A DNA stretch of 64,000 nucleotides from Cyanophora paradoxa CCMP329 (lineage: Eukaryota > Plantae > Glaucophyta): assembly GCA_004431415.1 (NCBI GenBank), contig QPMI01000453.1:598330-662329 (forward strand), given 5' to 3'. Below are positions 35,168 to 46,790 of this stretch, one piece after another. The notes under the pieces are model-generated. The model saw only the letters and a list, made by a program, of their open reading frames with translations. It was not told the DNA's origin and searched no databases. The position numbers and the translations under genes were made by a program. Position 1 is the first letter of the stretch; every line of letters starts with the position of its first letter.

Positions 35168-35997
35168 CTATGGAGCAGTATCCTGCCCGAAAATGGGGAA
35201 GTAGCGATTTGTGCCGTAATATTCTGCATATGTATTCTGTTTTGCAATAGCATCGGTTCTCTCAGCATAGAGAATGCATTTGTAGATACCAAATCTGGTG
35301 GCTCTCACCAAGAACTGGTAATCTTCAAGACCGAAATTCACACCATGATAAGCGATTCCGAAATTGTCATATGGAGTGATCACAACTGCAATATTTGGGG
35401 TTCCACCCTCTACTTGACAGACAGCATAAACATCTGGTGGGATATCGACAACCACCTTGTAGTGGTCACCAATCTCAACAAGAGAATCAACTACTGATGT
35501 CTGCTCATTCACAACAATTGGGAAGATCTTGATAATATATGGTGCATTCATACTGGGGACATAGGTGCGAATTCTGGTGTTGGGATCAATGGGATTGGGT
35601 TGATCATTTACGAAAAGAGGCGCACCAACAGCTCCACCAATCCGAAGACCATCACCAATATATGCTCCCCCGTTTTGCAGTTAATAGCTCCCGACCGAGA
35701 TTCAAAAGAATAAGTAGAAAGAGGATCACCATAACTGTCTGGGTCTCCATAGTGGGCAGAAAAGTTTGCATTTGTGACAAGGAGTTTCGTTGTCTTAACT
35801 ATACCATTATTTTTATCACACCTGAGTTCCTGCAATCTCAGTTTGTGGGTGGAACCAAATGTATTCATGGTAGGTTGCACTTCTGTGGATTGGAGACCTT
35901 CTACATCATCAAAGGTAGCATGCTGCAAAACGTGATTCGCAGGTGCTGCTAATGATAGTTGGGGTGTAATAATTCGTTCTGGTATTGGGGCAGCCAT
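35168..35997 (-). CDS. Putative virion accessory protein A (~276 aa once a +1 G is restored at 35667-35671); paralog of 36021-36914
   Basis: ORFs 35608-35997 and 35168-35551 join as ...KTGGAYIGDGLRIGGAVGAPLFVNDQPNPIDPNTRIRTYVPSMNAPY. The C-terminus VVDIPPD...VVITP...ILYAERTD resembles tail/fibre C-terminal domains. Confidence 0.65.
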
Positions 35998-36020
35998 TTT
36001 ACATTAAAGTGATATATAAT

Positions 36021-36914
36021 TTATGGGGTTGGGTCATCAATCACATCTGGTTCCTGGTAAAACCCTGTTGTGAAGATATCTGCAACGTTTACCCCTCGAA
36101 GTGCCGAAACAGCTGCTATATCTGTCCTCAGTCCCATAATCATAGTATTGTAAACTCCAACCTCAGTTACAAACAAATCATAGGTAAATGTCAAATTGTT
36201 ATAAACACAATATCCTCGACCGAAATGGTTTGATGCTTGAACAAAGAATAGGTAATTATGACCTGTTTGATTGTTGTTTGCTCTGCACATAGATAGCATT
36301 GCTGTGGGAAGCGGAATATTTCTTCTTACTCGATCAGTTCCTGTTATAATAACCAATTCCGAATTTTCAAGAGTGACAGAGGAAGCAACATAGAAATGTA
36401 GAAAAGGTTGCTGTGCAACTGGTGTATAGAAACGTATTCGTTGGGGATTCTCTACATTTTGTTCAAGAGTATCTGGGACATCATTATACGAAATTGAGGA
36501 TGAAAGTTGACCTGAAATTCGACAGCCACCCCCAATAAATGCTCCTCCTGATCTCACAGTAACAGCAGCAGAATTCTTATCGAAATCAAGGGCTTTCAGA
36601 TCAACACTGTAAGCATCAGGACCTCCATTAGTAGGTTGGAAGAAATTCGCATTTGAGACAAGGAGTCGAGTTGTTTTAACCACACCAGAATTCTTGTCTG
36701 CTCTCAGTTCTTTAACTCGAATAATCGAATTCTTATCAAAGGAGTTACCATTGGAATTGGGTCTCTCTGTTGATTCTAAACCACGAACCTCATCATTAAC
36801 TTCATGCTGGCGAAAGTGCATAGCAGGGGATCCAAGGGAATATATTGGAAGTTGAACTCGATTATATTCACCCATTGCTTCTTTTACTAAGAAGGAAAGA
36901 AAAATAAACACCAT
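36021..36914 (-). CDS. Putative virion accessory protein B; paralog of 35168-35997
   Basis: Shares ELRxDKNxGxVKTTxLLVxNANF and GGAxIGxGxRIxG with protein A; the C-terminal halves differ. Confidence 0.65.
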   Translation of the reverse strand: MVFIFLSFLVKEAMGEYNRVQLPIYSLGSPAMHFRQHEVNDEVRGLESTERPNSNGNSFDKNSIIRVKELRADKNSGVVKTTRLLVSNANFFQPTNGGPDAYSVDLKALDFDKNSAAVTVRSGGAFIGGGCRISGQLSSSISYNDVPDTLEQNVENPQRIRFYTPVAQQPFLHFYVASSVTLENSELVIITGTDRVRRNIPLPTAMLSMCRANNNQTGHNYLFFVQASNHFGRGYCVYNNLTFTYDLFVTEVGVYNTMIMGLRTDIAAVSALRGVNVADIFTTGFYQEPDVIDDPTP

Positions 36915-37223
36915 TCAAGCCAAAGCAATTAGATTGGATCCAAGAGATTGGTAAGCGGTTGTTAGACATTGGATGTTGGATGTCATCGCTTTGAGGTTAG
37001 AATCACATTCACCATATTTTGTTACTGGGTCACCATAAGCCGATTGCGCAAGGACATTAACCAAAAGGTTTTTATATTCATGAACAACCGGTGACAGTTT
37101 GTTGGTTTGCTGTATCGTTTTTTCGACAGTTTGTAGTGCGGCTACAAGTTTGATAGTATCGAATGCAAGAGCGACAGGCTCAGAAGAAGTAGAAGGAGTT
37201 CCACCGAGTGGATAGGTCGCCAT
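36915..37223 (-). CDS. Hypothetical helical protein (102 aa)
   Basis: ATG-start ORF abutting both neighbours in the same orientation. Confidence 0.6.
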   Translation of the reverse strand: MATYPLGGTPSTSSEPVALAFDTIKLVAALQTVEKTIQQTNKLSPVVHEYKNLLVNVLAQSAYGDPVTKYGECDSNLKAMTSNIQCLTTAYQSLGSNLIALA

Positions 37224-37226
37224 TTA

Positions 37227-40200
37227 TTATACTGTGACATTTTTAATTTGGTCTATTTGACTTTGTAAATCTTTGCATTTCTGCGATAACTCCTTCACTG
37301 CTTCAATGAGAACAGGAATTAAACCTGTGTATTCAAGAGATAGGTAGCCATCGTCTTTTTTAACATTAACTACCTCTGGTATTACCTTTTGAACATCTTG
37401 TGCAATTAAACCTAATTTTGTTCCGTCTTTTTCGCTTCCAATTCGTTTAAAACTTACTCCTTCTAATCTCTCGATTGCTGAAAGAGCGCCGGTTATCTTT
37501 TTAATATCTGTTTTGTATCTTATGTCACTTCCTTGTGTTAAATACCCTCCTATCCACATCCATCCTCCATGATACATGTAACAAATATCAGTATCTTGTT
37601 CATTTCGGAATACAAGGGGAATATCTCCCCCTCCTTTCAAATATGTAGAAGTTTGGTTACCGAAATGGATACGATTATATCCATCACTTGAACTAAACCA
37701 AGTCCCCACAGATCCTGTTAAGATATTTGGTTTACTATAAACGTTATTCCAATGAATATAGCCGGTGTGACCACCATAACTATTTCCTACCCAAATTTTC
37801 ATGTAACTAATACCCATAATATGAACTCTTCCAATCTTTGGTCTAATCCGAATAGTGAGGAATCTATTTCCAAGATGTATTGGAACATTATTTAAACCAC
37901 TGTGGTTACCATCAGGCGATGTGGCGTATGGTTGATAACTATTCACTGATGTAATAAAAACTTCATTCCCTTGTCTATTAACTCCCCAAATTTCAAAAAG
38001 TCGTGAGTTAGTCCAAGGTAAATAGGTTAAAAATGCTGTTCCTGTGTGGTATCCATCGGGTATATCGAAGTCAATCCAAGCGGTAGAAGTTTCGTCATCA
38101 GATTGATTATTATGGACATATGAACCATAATTATAATATGGATCCCATGCTGTACTCCATGCCCATGTCCAACCCTCAGAACATCTATTAAATGCAATAC
38201 CTCCTACTGTTTTATCTGCTGTGTGAAACTTTGGGACATCATTACCGTTTATTTGGAGTTTGGTAGTAGCATTAATAGTGGATGCTGTAATAGTATTATT
38301 CACCCAAAAGTTACCGTTACCATATGATTTTAAGATTGCTGCATCCGCTGAGTTTCTAAATTCAATTGACACACCGTCAGCATTCGGTCTCCCTCGTATA
38401 TATGTGCAATCGCCATTACCAAACCAAATTCGCTCGACTGCATCTACTGATTTTAACCATGTATTTGTTGGCCATGTTGCTGTTCCTGGGAGGTCTGCGG
38501 CTGAGTAAAATGATGGTTTACTAAATACGTTATCCCAAGAGATCATGCCCAATTCATTATCAGTTGCTCTCTGTCTGCTCCACCCAAAAACACCCGTTAG
38601 ATAAATGCGACCTTTTCGACCTTGAATGTATATCTTTGTGTAAAACTCACAATTGATTGAGGCAAACAAAACAGTATTATGTGTCCCATCTTGATAAACT
38701 GCCTGGATTCCCTGATAGGCATTTACTCGTTTTAAGAAATGTTGATATCCATTAGTTGTTTGCCCATAGATATCGAAATATCTGCAATTATGCCAAGGCA
38801 TGTGCTGGATGTAAAATGATTTCATACCTGTGGGGACATTCCACCTCATCCAACAGCCGCTACAATCTTCATCATTTTGTGGTGTTGTATAACATCCTGT
38901 TTGTCCTGTTCTTGCGATCCAATTCAAATTCCAGTTATTCGCGCTTCTATCTGTCGAAACCACATCTAATTGATCGAATTCATAACCTTTTGGAATTGTG
39001 GTTCCACCAATTTGTAAAGTGGTAGCATTTACAGTTCCTGTTACAGTTCCACCTGTGAGAGGTAGATAATTCGCAAGAGCTGATGTTAATTCGGTATCTG
39101 TAACAAAATCTGTAACAGCTAACTGTAATTCTGTATTTGTAACATAATCTTTGTTTTCTAAATAATCATCTGTAACAACACCGGAAAGGGTTGTATTGTG
39201 TAAGTTTTTCGCCGCCATTCTCTGATTGACTTCTAAGGCGCCACCTGATGTCGTTTTTATCCACGCCATCTCACATTTCCCATGATCATCTGTGGGTTGT
39301 CCCACAACAGGAAGGTAGTTTACAACTTTCTCCCTTGTGAACACAATTTTAGGTCTTGCTCCATCATATGCGCTTTGATCTGTAACGTTTATTTGAATAG
39401 CTGCTGAAAAATCGGCTACTTGTCCTGTTTCTCCTGGGTGATAATTCGTTACATAGATACTTGGGAAAGTATCATTAACTCCCACATTAAAATCGCCATC
39501 ATAAACTCCATTAACAATTGGATCCCTGGGTAATCTTACTGCAAGAGTTCCCACCATTGGGGTTCCTGTTTGACCTGTAAAAGTCCCATTGAGACTAACA
39601 TAATGATCATTCAAATACAATCTTTCAGGTGTATTACTTGATTGGTAAAGAGTGACTCCATTAAAAACGTTTCCGATTGCATTCAATTGTGCAAAAACTG
39701 GCTGTTGATCTATTTCGTCCCAATTGTGCCTATGTGTGAAATCTGTTATTTGCGCTTTTGTGTGAGTATGGTCAAAATCTGTAATATCTGCTTTGACATG
39801 TTTGTGTGCAAAATCTGTGATTTGCGCTTTTGTGTGAGTATGGTCAAAATCTGTAATATCTGCTTTGACATGTTTGTGTGCAAAATCTGTGATTTGCGAT
39901 TTTGTGTGAGTATGGTCAAAATCTGTTATGTCTGCTTTAACATGTTTATGGTCAAAATCTGTGATCTGATCTTTGGTGTGTGTGTGGTTTTGTATCCAAC
40001 CTTGAACCACATTTGATGTTGTATAGTTTGGAATCACAGCATTTGAAGAGACGATTAAATTTTTTATATGAACATATTCAGCCGAAATTCGTAGATTATC
40101 AGGATAGTAAAGCGGCTGAGTTATTGGAAATCCATATGTCTGTTGAATGTAATATCTCACCTGTTGTTTCTCGCCTTCTGTCAAAACTCTATTGAAAACA

Positions 40201-43154
40201 ATGAGTTCTGCAAACTCACCCCAGTCGTGTCTTGTTCCAAAAAAATTAAATGTTGATGGCGGAAGCCAGTTTCCAGCTACTGTTCCTAAATGCTTCCCGT
40301 TCATTGAATATGATATACTTTCGGAAGTCACAGTGGTGTCCCAGTATGCATGTTTATAATTTGCGTATTCTTCATAAGGCATATGGACATGTGGAAGGTC
40401 ATTATATGTTGGGGTTCCATATTGCATGTTTATTCCAGCTGCTGTGTTAATATATCTATTCATGCCCATTTGCAAACAGGGGGGCTTACTGTCCAATCTA
40501 TAAAAGTTCCATAGTTAACTTCAAACACTCCTTCATCAGCAACATAAAATACTCCATTTGTGTATGAATCAGATCTCACATTACCCACATAGAAGAATGT
40601 TAACCCATTACTCCAATCCACGGTATCTGTTCTATTTGTGGTCAAACCAACACTTCCCGAACCAGAATTTAAAGTGATTTGATTGTTCAATAAAGGACTT
40701 ATCTTAAAGTATGATGTATTGGGTGAACTTCCTGTCAAAGCATACAAATTTGGAATGAATGGAATTGCTAATGTGGATCGGTTGCCGATTGGTTTTGCGT
40801 ATGCATTTTCAAGATCGGCATAACCTGATGGTTTAGCTGCCATTACACAATTCGGAATTGTAAATGCCGGATCTGTATTTGATGTAACAGGGTAATATGG
40901 TGTGTTATAAAAGACATCGACTTTTGTATTTCTATCTCCAATAAAAATATTACTTGTCACTGTAAGATTTCCATTCACTTTTAAATTACTCGTCTCTATA
41001 TTGCTACTGTAAATATTACTATTTACCGTAAGGTCTCCTGTGATTGTCCCACCAACAAGTGGAAGATACTTAGATAATTCATCTGCAAGTTCAGGTTTTG
41101 TAACATAATCTCCAAGCATAGCAAGAGTAACGAAATTAACGAGAATTACAGCCGTTAGGTAATCTTCTGTTACCACTCTCGAAATAGTCTCATTGTGAAT
41201 ATTCTTTGCAGCCATCCTCTGATTGGCTTCCAGAACCCCACCATAGTTTGTTTTAATCCATGCAAGCTCTGCCCTTCCATAGTTATCATTTGCAGTTCCC
41301 ACTATGGGAATATAGGAATATTTATCTCGACTGAAAACTATCATTGGTCTTGATCCATCTAGACTGCTTACATCTGCTACATGAACCTGTATAGCAGAGT
41401 TGTAATTTTGGTAGGTTGCTGGGTCTGTTGGGACTCTGAATGTATCTGTGGGAATGTCAGCCTCCATGTAGCTTGACACAAAGATATTTGGTATGGTTGC
41501 TCCTGGTTCTGGTGGTGGATTATAAGAGCCTGGTAATGTCCTAATATGAAGTGGTCCTCTCATAGCTGAATTCGCAAGTGTCCCATTCACATGAACATAG
41601 TGGTGATTCAAAAAGATCCTTTCAGGGACATTGCAAGTCTGGTAAAGAGAAACTCCCAGAGTAGCAAGAGGCTCAACTTTTGCAAATTCTGGTTGGTCAT
41701 TGATCTCATCCCAGGTGTGTTCATGGTTGCTTGCTGCAAACTTATCTGGAATCCCATCAATATCACCCCAATCATGCCTGTGGTCTTCTGGTGGGTATTT
41801 CTGTGGTTTGCCTAAGATCTCATCCCAGTCATGATTGTGATCCTCTGGGGGATACTTTGCAGGTTTATTATTAATTTGTTCATAATCAGGAAAGAACTCC
41901 CAGATCTCAGGTCGAAATCCATCTGGTAATAATTCTTCATGGGGTTCATATGGTTGCTCATAATCAACAACTGGTGGTTCGAGACCATCTGCTAAATATT
42001 CCTCATGGGGTTCATAATTCTGCTCATACTCATACTCTTGTGGATCTAAACCATCTGGTAAATACTCTTCCTCATTGGGATCATATTGATCATATTCATA
42101 CTCTTGTGGGTCGAAACCATCAGGTAGGTATTCCTCCTCATCTGGAACGAATTGGTATTCGTCAAGCTCCAAAATATCAATTTCAGGAGGTAAATATTGC
42201 TCATCAATTTGCTTTCTTGGTTCAATTATCGGTTTATTTCGAACCTGCTCCCAACTCACAATGTGTTGACCAAAAGGAACTGTCTCATCTGCTGTGTATT
42301 CTCTTCCTGGTTGCTTTTTGGGTGTTAAATCTGGTGGATCCCATGGTAGTGGGAAGGGAACTGGGACAGGTCCATAATACTCAAAGATCTCTCTTATGGT
42401 CTTCTCACTTACAAGTTTCTCTCCATTTGCATAGACATTGCTTCCATGGATATTTCGCCATTGTCTGGTTCTAATACCAAGATCTTTGGTGTTTGTCACC
42501 AAAGGTAAAAGGTGCCTATCCATTTCGACAAGGTCTGGGTGTAAATGAACTGTTACTGGTTGAGTGGGGCTACTGTTGACAGTGATAGACGCCTTATTCT
42601 TTGCTGTATCACCAGGTAGTTGGAAACCGAATTGCGCATTAGAAGCCGAATTCGCCACAATATCTCGTGGATAAACATTGTTAGTGAACTCGATTTTGTT
42701 GGTTTCTCCATGGGGGCTATCTGTAATATTTCGGGAATTTGTGCAATTGCATTTGATCCTTCATTATAGATTCTCAAACCACTCTGATGCCACCCTTCTC
42801 ATTTTGAACATTGAATATTAACCTACCACTATCGAATCGAGTTGGAATATCTGGATGGGTTCCACTGGTTTTCAGTTTTCTTGGTCTGCTCCTGGTTGCT
42901 TTAATCTGGGCTACTTGATTCGATTTCACATTCCCCATGCTGAAAGCAACACTCACATCCTCCTTTTCGGGATCCATTTCGTTTATTGAAAGTGCATGCT
43001 CTCTTGGGTGAGTCTTTGAGGGTTCATCTGCACTGTGATCAATTGAGATTGACCCTCTGGCTGTCAAGTTATCGAAATTCACATGTTTGTTATCTGCCTT
43101 CCCTCTTCCTGATGAGGGAATGGTTTGAAGGTTTGCTGGGTAATTGAAACTCAT
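37227..43154 (-). CDS. Giant fibre/spike protein (~1970 aa across three frameshifts) with HxH tail-fibre repeats and a C-terminal peptidase S74 chaperone domain
   Basis: ORFs 42774-43154, 42553-42777, 40460-42658 and 37227-40496 overlap end to end. Contains HTHTKAQITDF repeats and ends SDIRYKTDIKKITGALSAIERLEGVSF...GLIAQDVQKVIPEVV...YTGLIPVLIEAVKEL. Confidence 0.8.
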
Positions 43155-43203
43155 CCCTGTTTACTCTACTTATAGAGATTTATTAAATTTGAGTTAAGTA
43201 AAG

Positions 43204-44744
43204 ATGCCCCTTCGTGTAATTCTCTCATTATCAGGTGGGGAGCTCGTGGTATAATTATTACGAGATTGTTAAAAGAAATCGAAACTCGAACAGGAAAAAG
43301 AGTAATTGACCTTGTTGATCTGGTGAGTGGAACATCCACTGGTGGGATAATTGCGATTGGTCTCAATGTGAAAAATCCCGAATTTCCAAACGAACCTAAA
43401 CTTACTGCAACCGATTTGCATTCCACTTATCTCAATCAACTCCCCTTAATCTTTGCAAATCCCAGAAATATTATTGATAATGCACTTTTCAACACCAAGT
43501 ATGATGTGACCCCATTGGAGACAGCCATTCTCACTGTTACTGGTGAGTCTCTCATTCAAGACTCTCTCAAAGATGTAGTGATCACAAGTTTTGACACTGT
43601 GAGTATGAAGCCCATTTTTATCACCAATGATAACTCCTACAAATCCATCCCCAGCAAGATTGCTGCAAGATCCACCTCTGCTGCTCCAACATATTTCTCA
43701 CCTGTGAACTATGATGGGATGTCTCTAATTGATGGTGCAATCTCAGGTAACAACAATCCCAGTGTCTGTGGTTACAGTCATGCTAAGAAGATCTATGATG
43801 ATGATGATGATATTATAGTGATAAGTATATCCTGTGGTGAAGTCAATGAAACAGATGCTCCAAATGTGGGTTACTCTTATGAAGATGTGAACAGCTGGGG
43901 CATCCTCTCTTGGATTGCTTCGACCTCTGGAAGTCCATTAATCAATATGTTGATGGCTGCAAGTGAACTGTCTGCTCTGGAAAAGATGCAAGAGTTTCTC
44001 CCATACAATGATGATCAAGGATATGCAAGATATTATAGACTCTCTGTTCCACTTCCAAAGACCATAGTAAACTCTTTGGATGATACCTCTAAAATACCAG
44101 ATATGATAGATGCAACCGAAATATATATAGCAGCAAACACTGTGATGATTGATAGACTCTGTGATTTACTGGTTGCAAATTACGAAATCAAGAACCCTGC
44201 AAGGTTCTATATATCATCCACTCTGAATAACATACCTCCCATTGATGCTAACTGGTATCTTCTATCAGATGGTGCATTCACTGCTTCATCATCAAAAATT
44301 GGAAGGGAGGCATTTAAAGCAAGACCTTCCTTGACAGGTTGGGAAGCAAATGCATCTGCTCCTGATGGGATATGGAGTGTTCCCACTGAGTATCTCCAAG
44401 TAACCTTCCCATACATATTTGAGGTTGCATCTATAATTGCATATGGTTCTGGTGTAACAAACGCTTTTATTAAGACCTTCAATGTTGCAACATCACAAGA
44501 TGGTGTTTCCTGGTCATTTATCAAGTATGAAGGTGTCAACAGAGTGTTTATGTGTGAAACTATTAATAATGCCCACAACAGTGGTGATGTCTCATACAGT
44601 TCTGGGTATCCCACCTCTATTAGAGACGTTTTCTATATTGGCTACCCTCTGAGGACAAGGTATATTCGAATTTATCCACTTGTATACATCAACACCCCAA
44701 CTATGAGAGTGGATGTCACAGGTGCATTTATTCGAAGTGTATGA
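43204..44744 (+). CDS. Patatin-like phospholipase fused to a C-terminal F5/8 type C (discoidin) domain
   Basis: Restoring one G near 43237-43240 gives MPLRVILSLSGGGARGII. Also GTSTG, ARSTSAAPTYF and LIDGA, then EYLQVTF...FIKTFNVATSQDGVSW...RTRYIRIYP...MRVDVTG. Confidence 0.88.
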
Positions 44745-44965
44745 TACATCAGGACTTCTGATGTATGATACAGTGGCTTCTGTATCTTCACCCACATTAT
44801 GGCGATTTTTACAGTAGCTACTGTATTTTATTACCAGGTGCTCCGTTTTTAAATCTGAAAACAGATTCGGAATCGCCACGATAGCGCCAATCAGGATTCG
44901 TCGTGATCGGGCACTTACAAAATAAAAAATTGACAAGGAGTTTCTGGATTCTCCCAACTTCTGCT

Positions 44966-45208
44966 ATGGATCCCATCTACCAAGACCCTGCTATCATCCA
45001 TGCTGCCCAGTCAGACTGGATCCATGATTTCAAGACTGCTTTCTATTACAATTTCTTCATGTCACAGCCAGAGCATGTGAGACTGTTCTTTGTTTATAAT
45101 TACCAACTGGTCTCAAACCTTGAAACTTTCTTCTTGGAAATTATTGAAAAAGATAGACAAATGAGGAAAATTCGCCAGAGGTCTAAGAGATTCCGAAAGC
45201 GTTGTTAA
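44966..45208 (+). CDS. Hypothetical protein (80 aa)
   Basis: MDPIYQDPAII...KRFRKRC, convergent with the integrase. Confidence 0.45.
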   Translation: MDPIYQDPAIIHAAQSDWIHDFKTAFYYNFFMSQPEHVRLFFVYNYQLVSNLETFFLEIIEKDRQMRKIRQRSKRFRKRC

Positions 45209-45209
45209 T

Positions 45210-46625
45210 CTATTTCCTCTGCCCTCTTCGTAGATTGAATCGAGTTTGGGGTGCAGTATATGTTTCTTTGGTGGTTGAAAAGTCATTATACCACCTCTGA
45301 CTGTTGACTTCTGATAATTTCTGGGTTCCTGCTATGGTCAACTTCTTTAATTCTTTCTCTACTCTACCCTTCTTTTGTGCTCTTGCTTCTGTGAGGGTTC
45401 TTTTGGTATTTCACTTGCTTTTTCTATGCCCTCCTTTCTGATTGCTGAATCAACCCTGGCTTCCTCCTTTGCCTGTTCAAGAGCATCCACTGTGGGAGTT
45501 TCATGATACTCAACACCTTTAATGGGCAGCAGTTCATGAAAAGCGAATCTACCATCAACTATCTCACCACTGGGACTTCTGATTCTGAACTTGAAGCCCT
45601 CTCTGCCCTCCACACTATAAACAATTCGAGACCAATTAACCCCTTGCTTTGCAAATGGATTCTTTTCAACTTTCACTCTCACAAACATTCCAGGTTTCAG
45701 GGCATCAAGATACTCAATCGATTTCTTGAATCTCTGATCCTCCATATTCACTATCTCTTTGTAGTGGGCTTCTGTGGTCTCTGCTGGTTTTCTCTTGGTT
45801 GCAGAGTGAATGGTATTATTATAATTATACTCAATATCACCCAACACATCAAAAAATCGTGCAGTATTATTTGCAATGCAGTAGTTTGTGATCAATCTCT
45901 TGATCTGTCTGTTAAAGGCTTCAATTCGACCTTGGGTTCTGTGATCTGCAACATCACTTAGTTGATGCTCAATGAATTTTGTTCCCAAATAATCTGTGAA
46001 CAACACATTGGTAAATTCGCTTCCACTGTCACTCTGAATGCGAACAATTGGTCTGGGGACTCTCTGTTCAAGTTGCTTGAATGCTGCAAGTGTAGTAAGA
46101 GCACTCTTGTCTCTCATTGGAATTATGAACCCTGTTCTCAGGGTTGACTCCATTGCACTCATAAATGTATCATAACCATCATTCTGCTTTTTGTATGCAG
46201 GAAAGAAGAGCAGATCAATCACATAGGTATCAAGGGGTTGCCTTATTGGAATCATGGGATCTCTCTTTCGAGATAGGGTGGGTGCATTAATCTGGACGAC
46301 CTCCTGCTTATCATACCACTCTCTCATCTTCTTGTAGTTCTCCTCTGGTAGTTCCTGTCTCATTGCAGTAATCCCTTGTAGCCTGTCCTGGGATCATAGA
46401 ACTTCTTAGCAATCTTCGACTCTTTTGGTGCTGTCTCAGCTGGGAGGGTCTCTGGATTAATTGCTTGACCATCTCTGATCTTTTCAATATTCGACTGCTC
46501 TTCTCCTCCACTGGAACTGTGATGGGCAGGATATTCCCTCGATCTTCAATTGCCTCTTTTCTTACAATTCTGGGTGGTTGTCTCAATCCTATTTGTGTAG
46601 AAGGCATCTTTACCTTATCTCTCAT
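45210..46625 (-). CDS. Retroviral-like (rve) DDE integrase of Polinton type, frameshifted near both ends
   Basis: Core ORF 45359-46363: YVIDLLF...RIQSDSGSEF...QGRIEAFNRQIK...YNNTIHSATKRKP. An upstream frame adds KFYDPRTGYKG. Confidence 0.92.
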
Positions 46626-46790
46626 ATAATAAATGCAAGAGTCTGTGTGGAAGGAGAACACAATTCCAAACTACTTTGCAATTGAGCCCAATGATCCAGG
46701 ATTAAGATGTATATGGCTGCTGCATTTAATTCGCGGTTTATTACTTCTTGGAGAGCGAAACCAAAGAAAAAGAAAGATTGATGAAGTAGA

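Noticed and set aside
40460-40496. Programmed ribosomal frameshift in the fibre gene
   Set aside because: The same one-base-short pattern occurs in many unrelated genes, so sequencing error or decay is more parsimonious.
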